NCBI GenBank assembly: GCA_043818055.1
Contig: JBDRGF010000159.1
Span: forward strand, 29,860-93,859
Direction: 5' to 3'
Length of the DNA: 64,000 nt
From: Pseudomonadota bacterium
GTDB lineage: Bacteria; UBA10199; 2-02-FULL-44-16; JBDRGF01
Made by a program: the position numbers and the translations under genes. Below, piece after piece: positions 20,642 through 31,907 of the stretch. The notes under the pieces were generated by a model. It had not been told where the DNA came from and did not search any database. It saw nothing but the letters and a program-made list of their open reading frames with translations. The first letter of the stretch is position 1, and each line of letters begins with the position of its first letter.

Positions 20642-21976
20642 CTATATCGCCATCCTACTGTTTAAAATCACATTGACCGCTTCTTCCAAATTATCGCAGA
20701 TAAAATCTGGGTTTATTGAAGTATTTTGATTTTTATCATCGTTATTTTTCCGAAGTAATATAGATCTCAACCCTGCATTAATAGCGGCTTGAATATCTAT
20801 CACTGAATCACCTATCATCCATGAGGATACAAGATCGATGTTATATTGGCTAGCCGCTTTCATTATCATTCCCGTCTTCGGTTTTCTACAATCACAGACA
20901 ATCTTGAACAAAGGATTTTCTTCAGGATATCCCTTATCGGGATGATGCGGACAGAAATAAATCTCGTCAACATATACCCCGTTTTTACCCAGCAAGGTCT
21001 CAAACTTATCGTGAATACTTTTTAGCGTTTCAAGAGAACAAAGATTTCTGGCTACGACTGGCTGATTCGTAACCACAATTGACAGATAGCCAGATTCGTT
21101 GATACGCTTGATGGCCGGTGTTGAAAACGGTAACAACTCGAGATCCTCCGACCTATGCAACAGATCTACCTCCTTTACCAAGGTGCCGTCTCTATCCAAA
21201 AAGATCGCCGGTCTCTTATTTTTCTTTGAAAGTCTTTTAATTTTACCGTTCGCAAAATCTGACTTGACCTTTTCCAGCCTATCGACCGTTCCTACATCTT
21301 TGATATACTCAGTGGTTTTGTATCCGCAAAGTTTTTCGAAATTCAGCATGCGAGGAAAGACATCTTTAACAAAATCCGAAGCGACACCTTTGCTGATGTA
21401 TTTAAAAATCCGCGGCGAAAGAACGTACATTGCGGCATTGATCTGATTTGGATAGCATTCCCTATCGACGCTCTTTGGCAAAAAACCGACTATCTCCGAT
21501 TTTACGTCTGTCAACACGATATCGCTGTCATATGGATGATCGTTGGGGTGAACAACAAGAGTTGCTGCTGCGCATTTTTCTTTATGATATTCAAAAAGAT
21601 CGTCAAGATCCAGATCGAACATGACATCGCCATATGCAAGAAGAAAGTCCTCATCTATCTCATTTTCCAGCGCCTTCAAGCAGCCCGATGTCCCCATTGG
21701 CTTATTTTCCAGATAGTGTCTAATATCGATTCCGTGTTCGCTACCGTTGCCAAAATAATCTTCAATCACATTTCCCATGTATCCTGAAAGAATGATCACT
21801 TCCTTTATCCCATGCCTTCTCATGACGTCGATCTGATGCTCGAGTATCGGCTTGCCGGCAATTTTCAGCATCGGTTTAGGGCAATCGAATGTCAAAGAAT
21901 GAAGACGCTCCCCACGTCCTCCTGCCAGTATCACTGCTTTGCGAACAGAATGTTGTAACCGAACTAAGCTTCTCAT
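20642..21976 (-). CDS. Nucleotidyltransferase (HddC-like) fused to GmhB-like HAD phosphatase
   Basis: ILAGGRGERL...PKPM N-domain; FLDRDGTL, TNQP, CPHHP, CDCRKPKTGM, IGDS C-domain. Confidence 0.88.
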   Translation of the reverse strand: MRSLVRLQHSVRKAVILAGGRGERLHSLTFDCPKPMLKIAGKPILEHQIDVMRRHGIKEVIILSGYMGNVIEDYFGNGSEHGIDIRHYLENKPMGTSGCLKALENEIDEDFLLAYGDVMFDLDLDDLFEYHKEKCAAATLVVHPNDHPYDSDIVLTDVKSEIVGFLPKSVDRECYPNQINAAMYVLSPRIFKYISKGVASDFVKDVFPRMLNFEKLCGYKTTEYIKDVGTVDRLEKVKSDFANGKIKRLSKKNKRPAIFLDRDGTLVKEVDLLHRSEDLELLPFSTPAIKRINESGYLSIVVTNQPVVARNLCSLETLKSIHDKFETLLGKNGVYVDEIYFCPHHPDKGYPEENPLFKIVCDCRKPKTGMIMKAASQYNIDLVSSWMIGDSVIDIQAAINAGLRSILLRKNNDDKNQNTSINPDFICDNLEEAVNVILNSRMAI

Positions 21977-21979
21977 TAT

Positions 21980-22348
21980 CTATTTTTGGATATTTCCGTC
22001 TCTGCTGTTAAGCGTTGATAATTCACTTTCGAATATAGCTAGCTGTTGAATAAGCCGTCTGATCTGACGTCTCTGGGAAGTGATAACAATCGAAAACTGC
22101 AAGCACATCAATAATACGACTATCAGCCCCAGAAAAAAAAGCGTATTTGCCGGAGCAACCACTCCAATCAAATGCGTCAAATAAATAAGCCATTCATATT
22201 TTACTACGATCAGTGTTGTTACGACACCTATCGCCAACCATAACCAGCAATAAGCCACATCCAGACGCCCTTTTTGAATCAATCTTATGATTAATAGCAA
22301 TAAAGAAAGTGCAACGAACAAAAATACAATTACCTGATGTAAAGACAT
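21980..22348 (-). CDS. DUF2304-like membrane protein
   Basis: 3 TM plus C-terminal coiled segment, next to a DPM-synthase-like GT2. Confidence 0.75.
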   Translation of the reverse strand: MSLHQVIVFLFVALSLLLLIIRLIQKGRLDVAYCWLWLAIGVVTTLIVVKYEWLIYLTHLIGVVAPANTLFFLGLIVVLLMCLQFSIVITSQRRQIRRLIQQLAIFESELSTLNSRDGNIQK

Positions 22349-22373
22349 TAATCGCTCCTTTACAAAATTTTAA

Positions 22374-23126
22374 TCATAATTCTTCAGAAACTTCGGACTG
22401 GTTGGACAATCTTCGAAGGCTTCTCTTGTTCAAACGAACAATAAACAAAGATAAAAACATTTTGAACACATAATATAGCGGTTTGACACCAGAATGCATA
22501 GAAACACCCTTAATTCTGTTCAACATTTTTACGGGCACTTCTTTGATTCTTAAGCCTGCAAATTTTGACATCATAATCACATCGGCATCAGGATAATCAT
22601 GTGGAAAAAGGCCACTGGCAAAAAGCCTTAACGATCGTTTATCCAGCCCCTGGAATCCAGACGTCGAATCGCTTATGTGAAATCCGGATAATAAATAAAC
22701 AACGGTTGAAAACAATTTCTGTCCGATTTTTCTGAAGATAGAATGTGAATAATCACAATCGTTTCTGTCCCCAATAACAATATCCGCCTCGTTATTTTCA
22801 AGAATAGAAAGGATCTTTAACAACTCAGAGGCAAGATGTTGTCCGTCTCCATCCATTTGTAAAACAAAATCATAGTTTTTCTTAATCGCATATAGATAAC
22901 CGGTTTCTAAGGCGGCTCCATATCCCAAGTTGAAAGTATGAGAAACAACTTTTGCACCGACACTTATGGCTTTTAATCGAGTTTTATCATATGAACCATC
23001 ATCTACAACCAAAATATCTGCTGCAGGAACAGATTTGGCTATTTCACTTACAACTTCAGCTACATTGTTCTGTTCGTTGAATGCTGGAACAATAACCAGA
23101 ATATGCTTTAACGTTTTGAAAGTCAT
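22374..23126 (-). CDS. Glycosyltransferase family 2 (DPM-synthase-like)
   Basis: VPAFNE, DDGSYD, MDGDGQH, DSTSGF. Confidence 0.88.
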   Translation of the reverse strand: MTFKTLKHILVIVPAFNEQNNVAEVVSEIAKSVPAADILVVDDGSYDKTRLKAISVGAKVVSHTFNLGYGAALETGYLYAIKKNYDFVLQMDGDGQHLASELLKILSILENNEADIVIGDRNDCDYSHSIFRKIGQKLFSTVVYLLSGFHISDSTSGFQGLDKRSLRLFASGLFPHDYPDADVIMMSKFAGLRIKEVPVKMLNRIKGVSMHSGVKPLYYVFKMFLSLFIVRLNKRSLRRLSNQSEVSEEL

Positions 23127-23151
23127 AAACTATTAATTCATTTATATTACT

Positions 23152-24222
23152 TTATCTTTTTGAATAATTCTTATCAATCCATTCCCTATACTTATTACTT
23201 CGAATGTTTTCAATCCATGTTTCATTTGTCAAATACCACTTAAGAGTCTCTTCTAGAGCCAATTCAAATCCATAATATTGTTTCCATCCAAGCTCTGTTT
23301 TTATTCTATCACAATTTATTGCATATCTTTTGTCATGACCTGGGCGATCCTTAATGTGTGTAATTAATTTTTTATAATAATCGCTCGGTTTATCTACTAT
23401 CATGGACATCTTTTCACAGAGAGTATTTACTAATCTAATATTTTCCCATTCATTCTCACCGCCGATGTTGTATGTCGCACCAAGCTTCCCCGCATTCAAA
23501 ATCAACCAGACAGCGCTGTTATGATCATCAACATAAAGCCAATCACGAATATTCTTACCATCACCATAAACCGGCAATGGCTTTTCTTCTTTCATATTCA
23601 TAATCATTAATGGAATTAGTTTTTCAGGAAATTGATAAGGACCATAATTATTAGAACAGTTTGAGATTGTAATAGGCAATCCATAAGTATGATAATATGC
23701 CATCACCAGATGGTCAGATGAAGCTTTTGAAGCTGAATACGGGCTTCTTGGATCATACGGGGTATCTTCATAAAAATATCCATTATCTTGGAGAGAACCA
23801 TATACTTCGTCGGTACTAATATGATGAAACAACACACCATTTATGCCGCTCCAGTTTTCACGCGCCACTTCAAGAAGCGAGAACGTTCCAATGATATTTG
23901 TATGAACAAAATCTTTTGGACCATGAATCGATCTGTCAACGTGTGATTCAGCGGCAAAATGGACCACAGTGTCAATATCAAATTTGTCAAATATTTCCTT
24001 TATTTTTTGACAATCACATATATCTGCTTTTTCAAAACAATATCTTTCGTTTCCAAATTCATTTTGAATATCTAGTAAATTTTCAAGATTGCCAGCATAT
24101 GTGAGCTTATCGACATTTATTATTCGTCCTGTGAAATCCGTTTTTTTAAATACATAACGAATAAAATTCGAACCAATAAAACCAGCACCGCCAGTGACCA
24201 TTATGTTTTTTAGTTTTCTCAT
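23152..24222 (-). CDS. rfbB: dTDP-glucose 4,6-dehydratase
   Basis: GGAGFIG, AAESHVDRSI, STDEVYG, YSASK, DRPGHD. Confidence 0.95.
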   Translation of the reverse strand: MRKLKNIMVTGGAGFIGSNFIRYVFKKTDFTGRIINVDKLTYAGNLENLLDIQNEFGNERYCFEKADICDCQKIKEIFDKFDIDTVVHFAAESHVDRSIHGPKDFVHTNIIGTFSLLEVARENWSGINGVLFHHISTDEVYGSLQDNGYFYEDTPYDPRSPYSASKASSDHLVMAYYHTYGLPITISNCSNNYGPYQFPEKLIPLMIMNMKEEKPLPVYGDGKNIRDWLYVDDHNSAVWLILNAGKLGATYNIGGENEWENIRLVNTLCEKMSMIVDKPSDYYKKLITHIKDRPGHDKRYAINCDRIKTELGWKQYYGFELALEETLKWYLTNETWIENIRSNKYREWIDKNYSKR

Positions 24223-24233
24223 ATCTTCCTATT

Positions 24234-25094
24234 TTAAGTCAGCGACTTGATGAATTCATCTAAAGCTGAGTTCCAACTTCTGTTTTTAAAACCAAAAGTG
24301 TCCAACATTTTATTTTTTGATAAACATGAATTTTTAGGTCTAATCGCCCTTGTTGGATAATCCTTGGTGCTTATTGGAACAATGCTTACATCGTTTTCTA
24401 CTAATCCATATTCTTTCGCAAATTCATATATCTTACAAGCAAATTCATACCATGTCGTGGCACCATCATTAGTAAAATTATAAATTCCGTATTTTACTGA
24501 GTTTGAAACAACTATATTTAATATAAATTTTGCTAAATCCTTCGTAAAGGTCGGACTGCCACATTGATCATTAACTACTTTTACAACATCCTTTTCATTG
24601 AAAAGCTTTATCATTGAACAGACAAAATTATTTCCATTTTTTCCATAAAGCCATGCTGTCCTGATAATAAAATGTTTTTCAAAATTATTTCGAATATTTT
24701 TTTCACCTTGAACCTTGCTCTTCCCATAAATCCCCAATGGATTTGGCACATCATTTTCAAAATACTCAGCAGCTTTGTTCCCATCAAAAACATAATCAGT
24801 CGATAAATGAATCAATTTCGCACCAATTTCTCTAGCAACATTTGTAATATTTAAAACGCCGTCCGAATTGATTTTATAAGCAAGTTCCATTTCACCCTCT
24901 GCCCTATCTACTGCTGTATAGGCCGAACAATTTATAATCCAATTTATTTTTTTAGCTTCAATAAATTTTTTGAGTTGATCGGCGTTGCAAATGTCGACTT
25001 CTTTGTCAGATACAACAAAATTCAATTTTCTACTAGTCAACAATCGTTCAACATCTGAGCCAAGCATACCTTTGTTTCCAATAAGCCAAATCAT
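24234..25094 (-). CDS. rfbD: dTDP-4-dehydrorhamnose reductase
   Basis: GNKGMLG, AYTAVD, STDYVFDG, YGKSK. Confidence 0.95.
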   Translation of the reverse strand: MIWLIGNKGMLGSDVERLLTSRKLNFVVSDKEVDICNADQLKKFIEAKKINWIINCSAYTAVDRAEGEMELAYKINSDGVLNITNVAREIGAKLIHLSTDYVFDGNKAAEYFENDVPNPLGIYGKSKVQGEKNIRNNFEKHFIIRTAWLYGKNGNNFVCSMIKLFNEKDVVKVVNDQCGSPTFTKDLAKFILNIVVSNSVKYGIYNFTNDGATTWYEFACKIYEFAKEYGLVENDVSIVPISTKDYPTRAIRPKNSCLSKNKMLDTFGFKNRSWNSALDEFIKSLT

Positions 25095-25648
25095 TTGTAT
25101 TCAAAATTATTATCGGCACATTCTAATGTTGGATTTCCTTTATCTTTATCGGAAAGAATAGGGCTTAAAGTGGGCCAATTTATGTTTATTATTGGGTCAT
25201 TCCAAATAATTCCTTTGTCATTTTTTGAATCATATTCGGCGGAACATTTATAAACTATTTCTGTCATGTCACATTTTGCAAAAAAACCATGAGCAAAACC
25301 TGGTGGAATATATAACATATGTGCATTTTCCTCAGAAAGATCGGCAAAAATCCATTTACCATAGGTTGGCGAGCCTTTTCTTATATCAACCGCAACATCA
25401 TATATTTCACCCCTTACACACCTAATAAGCTTTCCTTGTGCAGAAGGATTCTTTTGATAATGTAACCCTCTTAATGTATTCTTCGATGAACTTGAGTGAT
25501 TATCTTGTAGAAATCTTATATTGACACCTGCATTTGTAAAATCAAGCTCCTTATATGTTTCTATAAAAAAACCCCTTTTGTCACGTAATATTTTTGGTTT
25601 AATTAAAACTACTTCTGGAATTGCAAGTTTTTGGAATATAAATGACAT
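25091..25648 (-). CDS. rfbC: dTDP-4-dehydrorhamnose 3,5-epimerase
   Basis: DKRGFF, QDNHS, LRGLHYQ, PPGFAHGF. Confidence 0.95.
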   Translation of the reverse strand: MSFIFQKLAIPEVVLIKPKILRDKRGFFIETYKELDFTNAGVNIRFLQDNHSSSSKNTLRGLHYQKNPSAQGKLIRCVRGEIYDVAVDIRKGSPTYGKWIFADLSEENAHMLYIPPGFAHGFFAKCDMTEIVYKCSAEYDSKNDKGIIWNDPIININWPTLSPILSDKDKGNPTLECADNNFEYK

Positions 25649-25655
25649 AATAGTT

Positions 25656-26528
25656 TTATTTCAATATATTCATCAAGTAACTTCCATATGAATTTTTCTT
25701 TAAAGAGTCTGCCAATTTGATAAATTGATTATCATCTATATAGCCTAAAGCGTGCGCAATTTCCTCAATACACGCAATTTTCAACCCTTGCCTTTTTTCT
25801 ATGGCTGATACATAATTTGACGCTTCTAAAAGGGATTCATGAGTTCCAGTATCAAGCCAAGAGAATCCTCTGCCCAGTATTTCAACGCGAAGTTGATTTT
25901 CCTTCAAATACTTTTTATTAACATCCGTAATTTCCAATTCCCCCCTTCGGGAGGGAGTTATTGTTTTTGCTATTTTAACAACGTCATTGTCATAAAAATA
26001 GAGTCCAGTAACAGCAAAATTTGATTTTGGTTGTTCTGGTTTTTCTTCTAATGAAACAACTCTGCCACTTTCATCAAACTCTACTATACCATATCTTTCT
26101 GGATCATTAACAAAAGAACCGAATACAGTTGATCCACCCTCTGTTTCAACAGCTTTTACAGCCTTTCTAAGTATGTCGACTAATCCATGTCCATAAAACA
26201 CATTATCACCTAATATTAAACTTACTGCCTGCTTTCCTATAAAATCCTCACCAATGATAAATGCTTCTGCAAGGCCATTTGGTTGCAGCTGTTCCTTATA
26301 TGACAACTTCAAACCCAATTGAGAACCATCGTTGAATATTTCTTTAAATCTAGGTACGTCCTGTGGAGTGGATATTATCAATATTTCCCGTATTCCAGCT
26401 AACATCAAAACGGACAAGGGGTAATAAATCATAGGTTTGTCATAGATTGGCAGCAACTGTTTACAAACCGCTGTTGTAATAGGATAAAGTCTAGATCCAC
26501 TTCCACCAGCTAAGATTATTCCCTTCAT
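25656..26528 (-). CDS. rfbA: Glucose-1-phosphate thymidylyltransferase
   Basis: [40 protein letters not shown]; start moved to MKGII. Confidence 0.95.
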   Translation of the reverse strand: MKGIILAGGSGSRLYPITTAVCKQLLPIYDKPMIYYPLSVLMLAGIREILIISTPQDVPRFKEIFNDGSQLGLKLSYKEQLQPNGLAEAFIIGEDFIGKQAVSLILGDNVFYGHGLVDILRKAVKAVETEGGSTVFGSFVNDPERYGIVEFDESGRVVSLEEKPEQPKSNFAVTGLYFYDNDVVKIAKTITPSRRGELEITDVNKKYLKENQLRVEILGRGFSWLDTGTHESLLEASNYVSAIEKRQGLKIACIEEIAHALGYIDDNQFIKLADSLKKNSYGSYLMNILK

Positions 26529-26554
26529 AGTTATCTCCAATTTACTTTTGGTTT

Positions 26555-27736
26555 TCATCCATTAATATTTTCAACTACATACCTGCTAAACGAAAAAGCA
26601 CATGTAAACGCAGGGGAAACAGCATTTAGAATATGGGTTGAATTTTCACCATGCTCGACTACAAAATCCATAACCAGATCCATTGAATGTTTATCAACAA
26701 GTTGCGCACGAATGCCAGGCTCAAGATATTTTCCAAATTTTAGATAGTCAACTGTTTTTGTCATATATGTTGCTTGGCTTGTCATATATTTTTTATAATA
26801 TTTTCGTATTTCATCAAATGCAAGTGAACGAAATTCAGGTTTTGTCAGAAACATCCTTGATTCGTAAAGCACAACTTCCATCAGTTCCTTGACCTTAAAA
26901 CCCTTTCCAATACTGTAATTCTCTCTCCAAAACGCTGGCATTGATGTTGGGCCTATTTTTACACTTCCATCAACTTTTTTTGTATAATGAACTCCCAAAA
27001 ATGGATTTTTCAGATTGGGTACTGGATAGACATGCATTCGCAAAAAATCATCATCATTATATTTAACATACATACCTTTAAATGGAATCAGCGTGTACTT
27101 TTTCCCAACACCATATTGATGAGCAATCCTATCTGCATAAAGTCCGCCACAATTGATCAAATGCTTATATCCTATCCTGCCTTTATTTGTAATAACAGTT
27201 TTTTTACTATGTCCTTCAAATGTTGTATTAAACAAAATCTGTGAATTTTTCCCTAGATCATCGACTATAGATTTACAAACAGCTTTTGGATCAACAGAAG
27301 ATGTCGTCGGGGAATAAAGTGCTTTTTTATATGTCTTTGCATTTGGTTCAAGTTTTGAAAGTTCTTTTTCATCTATAATCTTTATAAAGACGCCATTTGT
27401 CTTTCCACGCTTTTCCAGTTCTAACAGCGTATTCAATTCCTGTTCATCCTTTGCAACAACCACTTTTCCGCAACGATTTATCTTTAGACCTTTTTGTAGA
27501 CAATAATCGGTCAATAATTTATTTCCATCACGCGTAAATCTCGCCTTCAGTGAATCTGCTGTATAATAAAAACCCGCATGAAGAACTCCGCTGTTTCGTC
27601 CGCTGGAATGTAGAGCAACAGTGTTTTCCTTTTCCAGAATGACGATTTTGGAATCGGGATATCTCGTTGAAAGTTCACGTGTAATTGAAAGCCCTATTAT
27701 TCCTGCGCCAACTATTACAAAATCCGCTTCAATCAT
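26555..27736 (-). CDS. lhgO: L-2-hydroxyglutarate oxidase-like FAD oxidoreductase
   Basis: [36 protein letters not shown]. Confidence 0.8.
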   Translation of the reverse strand: MIEADFVIVGAGIIGLSITRELSTRYPDSKIVILEKENTVALHSSGRNSGVLHAGFYYTADSLKARFTRDGNKLLTDYCLQKGLKINRCGKVVVAKDEQELNTLLELEKRGKTNGVFIKIIDEKELSKLEPNAKTYKKALYSPTTSSVDPKAVCKSIVDDLGKNSQILFNTTFEGHSKKTVITNKGRIGYKHLINCGGLYADRIAHQYGVGKKYTLIPFKGMYVKYNDDDFLRMHVYPVPNLKNPFLGVHYTKKVDGSVKIGPTSMPAFWRENYSIGKGFKVKELMEVVLYESRMFLTKPEFRSLAFDEIRKYYKKYMTSQATYMTKTVDYLKFGKYLEPGIRAQLVDKHSMDLVMDFVVEHGENSTHILNAVSPAFTCAFSFSRYVVENING

Positions 27737-27752
27737 CCATTCTCCTTTAAAG

Positions 27753-29681
27753 TTAAAAATTTACGGTTTTTCCTCTACTATCTTCTTCAGACGCAAATGT
27801 ATGGATAGTATTTGCTCTATCCAGTCCCCTCACAGCCTCCGCAATCGCCGATGAATCGATGTTGTGCATTCTTCTCAGATCATTTTGTGAAGTGTGTATG
27901 GTAAATTCATCGCTGATGCCAAGTTCGTAGATGGAAAGATCTTTATCTGAAATGTGATTTTTGATCAGTGATCCCAGGCCTCCTGTTAAGCTACCCTCTT
28001 CAACTGTGATCACATTTGAACAATGTTTGGAAAGTTGGTTGAACAGTGAGAAATCAAACGGCTTCACAAAACATGGATCGATAACTGTGATATCGATTCC
28101 TTCTTCACTCAAAATATTTGCGGCTTTCACGGCTTCGATTACAAGATGGCCGGCTGCCCAGACAGTTGTCTGTGGTTTTTCTTTTTCATAAACGATCTGA
28201 GCTTTTCCATACTCCAGCGTCTTGGGTAGCCTTTGATATTGCAAAGCAGGAACCTCACCTCTTGGATAGCGTATGGCCATTGGTCCATTATATTTTGATG
28301 CCATAAAAAGCATCTCTCGCAGTGTTTGTTCGTCCCTTGGTGCAGCGATTGTCATATTCGGGATCGGATTTAAAAAGGAGATGTCGAAAAGGCCATGATG
28401 TGTGGAGCCATCTTCTCCGACAACACCGGCTCTATCGATAGCAAAAATCACCGGGAGATTTTGCAGACATACGTCGTGAATGATCTGGTCATATGCCCTC
28501 TGCAAAAACGTTGAGTATATAGCAACGACCGGTTTATACCCTTGAGTTGCAAGACCGGCAGCGAATGTTACAGCGTGTCCCTCTGCGATTCCAACATCAA
28601 AAAAACGGTCGGGATATTTTTTAGCGAATTTGGTCAAGCCTGTCCCTGTTGTCATTGCTGCTGTAATTGCTACAATTTTAGGATCGCGATCTGCAAGATC
28701 AACGATGGCGTCGCCAAAGGCATCTGTAAATGTCCTTCCACTTGAAGAATGAGTCTCGCCGGTTGTAATATTGAATGAGCCTATTCCATGAAATTTTGTT
28801 GGATTATCTTCAGCCAGTTTATATCCCTTTCCCTTCTTCGTCATCACATGAATGAGAATAGGGCGTTCACCTATAGACATGCTTTTGACTTCGTTAAATA
28901 TCCTGATCAGTTCATCTATATTATGGCCATCAATCGGGCCCATATAATCAAAACCGAACGCCTCAAACAAAAATCCCGGCGTAAAAAAACTGACTGTTGT
29001 TTCCTTCGCCCTTTGCACGAGATTGAAAATCACAGTTCCCCAAAATGGTATCCTGAATAATAACCTCTTTAATCTTTTATTTAATCTTGAAGCTGTTTTT
29101 CCATGAACGTTGATAGAAAAAAACTTTGAGAGTGCTCCCACATTCGGCGAAATGGACATCTCATTATCGTTGAGTACAACGATAAGATTCCCCACTTTGT
29201 GACCTGCGTTATTCATCGCTTCGAAGGCGAGCCCCCCTGTCATTGCACCATCACCTATCACTGCAATCGCCCTGTTATCCTTATTTTGTCTCTTCATGGC
29301 ATGCGCGATTCCAAGTGCAGCTGAGATCGAAGTTGACGAATGTCCGGTGCCAAAGGCATCGTGTTCACTCTCTGAGATCTTTGGAAAACCGCTTATGCCG
29401 TTTGCAGTTCGCAATGTATGAAAGCGATCTCTTCTTCCGGTTAAAATCTTATGCGCATATGACTGGTGTCCCACATCCCAGACGACCTTGTCGTTCGGGG
29501 AATCAAAAACATAATGAAGTGCTGTGGTCAACTCAACGACACCGAGGCTGGGTGCAAGATGGCCACCGTTTTTTGAAACGGTATCTACTATCAACTCACG
29601 AATTTCTGAGCAGAGATTAGGGAGTTCTCTGGAAGAGAGTTTTTTTAGATCGTTGGGATTGTTGATTTTTTCTAAAAACAT
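27753..29681 (-). CDS. dxs: 1-deoxy-D-xylulose-5-phosphate synthase
   Basis: GGHLAPSLG, WDVGHQ, GDGAMTGG...NDNEMSI, DVGIAE, DRAG, DGSTH. Confidence 0.95.
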   Translation of the reverse strand: MFLEKINNPNDLKKLSSRELPNLCSEIRELIVDTVSKNGGHLAPSLGVVELTTALHYVFDSPNDKVVWDVGHQSYAHKILTGRRDRFHTLRTANGISGFPKISESEHDAFGTGHSSTSISAALGIAHAMKRQNKDNRAIAVIGDGAMTGGLAFEAMNNAGHKVGNLIVVLNDNEMSISPNVGALSKFFSINVHGKTASRLNKRLKRLLFRIPFWGTVIFNLVQRAKETTVSFFTPGFLFEAFGFDYMGPIDGHNIDELIRIFNEVKSMSIGERPILIHVMTKKGKGYKLAEDNPTKFHGIGSFNITTGETHSSSGRTFTDAFGDAIVDLADRDPKIVAITAAMTTGTGLTKFAKKYPDRFFDVGIAEGHAVTFAAGLATQGYKPVVAIYSTFLQRAYDQIIHDVCLQNLPVIFAIDRAGVVGEDGSTHHGLFDISFLNPIPNMTIAAPRDEQTLREMLFMASKYNGPMAIRYPRGEVPALQYQRLPKTLEYGKAQIVYEKEKPQTTVWAAGHLVIEAVKAANILSEEGIDITVIDPCFVKPFDFSLFNQLSKHCSNVITVEEGSLTGGLGSLIKNHISDKDLSIYELGISDEFTIHTSQNDLRRMHNIDSSAIAEAVRGLDRANTIHTFASEEDSRGKTVNF

Positions 29682-29701
29682 TTTTTTAGAAGTCCATCCG
29701 C

Positions 29702-30518
29702 TTACTTGACATAATATCCACCGGTTTTTTTGCTGCCACGGTATTCGATTTTACCTTGCTTTTTTAATTTTGCCGCCCATCTTTCGACTGTCTTTGGCGA
29801 CATGCTTATTTTTTCAGCAATTTCTGAAATTCTTTTACCTGGATTGACTCTAATAAATTCCAGAAAAACATTTATTCCCTCATTTATTCCCTCATTTATT
29901 CCCTCATTTATTCCCTCACTTATTCCCTCACTTATTCCCTCATTTATTCCCTCATTTATTCCCTCACCTCTTTTTCGTAAGTGAAAAACAATGACAAATG
30001 CCCCTGCTGTCTCACTAAACTCTGGTGCAGGGTTACCATTTTCAAGAGAATAGTTATAAATCTTTTGAAAGCCTCCTCCCCAGCCTTCAATCAAACCTAT
30101 CTTATGAAAAACATCTACTATCGCCTTGTTCCGGGGTATGGAACGACCTTCAGTCAGTAAATTTTCTATGTTGATTTCCTTAGGTAACAATCCGGGGCTC
30201 CATATTTCCAGCCTGTCATCAAAAATTCTGATCTGTATATTACCTGCGTCTGCATAATCACGGTGTGCAACTGCATTAATAATAGCCTCTCTTATGGCCG
30301 GTAAAGAATAGTCCCGGATCTGTATGCAGCTTTACCTTGTTGATCAAATCCTCAATCGCTCCTTTTCCAACAACCATGTTTAAAGGTCCACCGCTATCAT
30401 CCAAACCTACGATCACTTTTCCACCACTCTTGTTTGCAAAGGCACCAAGGGTGACTATTACATCTCTCCACTCCGCAAGAGAGGATTTGAGTTCCAATGT
30501 TTCGGATTCTTTATACAT
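29702..30518 (-). pseudogene. AlbA_2/Schlafen + HATPase_c_4 + wHTH gene with large internal deletion and frameshift
   Basis: About 65 N-terminal aa (ESETLELK...AFANKSGG) joined out of frame near 30320 to DYSLPAIREAIINAVAHRDY...IWSPG...RNK...GGYYVK. Confidence 0.75.
29871..29966. repeat. 12-bp tandem repeat x8 (encodes GINE/GISE)
   Basis: (T/C)TTATTCCCTCA units read directly. Confidence 0.95.
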
Positions 30519-31242
30519 GGCTATACACCCTCATGATCTCTTGTGCATACTCAACTGCCTGTTCAGCTTCTTTTCTGGTGATTTCATGTTCGTCATCCAT
30601 CCAATTTTCAGACTTCTGAAATAACTTATAAAGATATTTAAATTTTGAGGCTATATCTTTACCATAATATTTCTCGGTCAGCGGGAGAAGCACATCTATC
30701 TTGCTTGAATATCCCTCGTTCTTCATGGCAAGTGAAGCTTGTAAGGCATGTTTTGATGCAACAAAGCAATAATCGATCACACCATTTGTAAAGCCATCCT
30801 TCAGCAATTCCTGAGCCAACTTAACTTTCCGGGATTCAAAATCTCTAGAGTCTTTAAAAAAGCCTGCATATTTAGATGAAGGAGACTCAAAACTTAACGA
30901 CATATCAATATCTCCAAAGATAAGCTTTCCTTCACGCTTAGCAGCTGTATAAACAGGCAACTTTTCCTTTACGAAATCCTTCTCGCTTGCAACTAAAACA
31001 GAAAAAGCCTCTTCCTTTACAAGTTCATCTCTGATGCGATTTGCCTTTTTATTCACATTATCAACAACCATAAGCAGATCGACATCCGAATCTTCCCTGG
31101 CACATAATTTTGCCCATGACCCATAGAGAATGGCCGCTTTAATACTTTTACTTTCAGTTAGCTTTTGCCTGATTGTTTCAATATGCGTGTCTATTGGCTG
31201 AATCATATTAATTAATGGGTTGGGGTATTTTTCTATGAGCAT
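30511..31242 (-). CDS. Fused minimal nucleotidyltransferase (MNT)-HEPN protein
   Basis: LYGSWA...DSDVD MNT motif; helical HEPN-like C-terminus. Confidence 0.75.
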   Translation of the reverse strand: MLIEKYPNPLINMIQPIDTHIETIRQKLTESKSIKAAILYGSWAKLCAREDSDVDLLMVVDNVNKKANRIRDELVKEEAFSVLVASEKDFVKEKLPVYTAAKREGKLIFGDIDMSLSFESPSSKYAGFFKDSRDFESRKVKLAQELLKDGFTNGVIDYCFVASKHALQASLAMKNEGYSSKIDVLLPLTEKYYGKDIASKFKYLYKLFQKSENWMDDEHEITRKEAEQAVEYAQEIMRVYSHV

Positions 31243-31266
31243 TTTTTAATAGATAGTGGTCAGTCT

Positions 31267-31336
31267 GAAACTAGAAGCCAGAAGCAAGAAGCTAGAAATC
31301 AGAGGCCAGAAAATAGAAGTTAGAAACTAGAGGTCA
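31267..31336 (+). repeat. Heptamer array D, 10 x GARRYYA-like
   Basis: gaaacta gaagcca gaagcaa gaagcta gaaatca gaggcca gaaaata gaagtta gaaacta gaggtca. Confidence 0.9.
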
Positions 31337-31534
31337 TAAATCCTTGATTCCTGCAATTTTTAGCAGGGCTTTTTGCAAACCGACTTTCAAAGGCCTATTG
31401 CCATGTATCGGCAAACTTATTCGTTCTCTCTATCCATCCTTCATAAATATATGATGGCTGCCGTGTATCCTCTTTAACATCCAGCCGTTATTTTCCAACA
31501 ATTCTACCATTTCTTTACCTGATAGGGCTTTCAT
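31334..31534 (-). pseudogene. hicA: HicA toxin with in-frame TAG at codon 35
   Basis: MKALSGKEMVELLENNGWMLKRIHGSHHIFMKDG*RERISLPIHGNRPLKVGLQKALLKIAGIKDL; ATGA overlap with hicB. Confidence 0.85.
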
Positions 31535-31734
31535 ACAGCAATTTCCAGCACTTCTGCTTTATCATGATTCTCTCCCTCATCAACATCGACAGACAAACAA
31601 CCTTCCACTGCCTCGTATATATTACTTAGCAACTCTTCCCAAGTGTCGCCTTGCGTGATACAGCCCGGAACAGCCGGCACTTCCGCCCAATATCCACCCT
31701 CCTCCGCTTTGTGAACGACTACCTTTATCTTCAT
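31531..31734 (-). CDS. hicB: HicB-family antitoxin
   Basis: EEGGYWAEVPAVPGCITQGDTWEE. Confidence 0.9.
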   Translation of the reverse strand: MKIKVVVHKAEEGGYWAEVPAVPGCITQGDTWEELLSNIYEAVEGCLSVDVDEGENHDKAEVLEIAV

Positions 31735-31791
31735 TATCTCACCCTCCCCCTGTTTATCATTTTTATTTTGTGGTTTTCATCAAAATTTTGA

Positions 31792-31904
31792 ATACACCTT
31801 CATGATCTCTTGTGCATATTTGACCGATTGTTCAACTTCGTTTCTTTATATTTCATCTTCCGCATCCAGCCAATTCTCAGACTTCTGATATAACTCATAT
31901 AGAT
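31792..31904 (-). pseudogene. C-terminal fragment of a second MNT-HEPN paralog
   Basis: Aligns to 30523-30635: LYQKSENWLDAEDEI*RNEVEQSVKYAQEIMKVYS vs LFQKSENWMDDEHEITRKEAEQAVEYAQEIMRVYS. Confidence 0.8.
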
Positions 31905-31907
31905 TCA

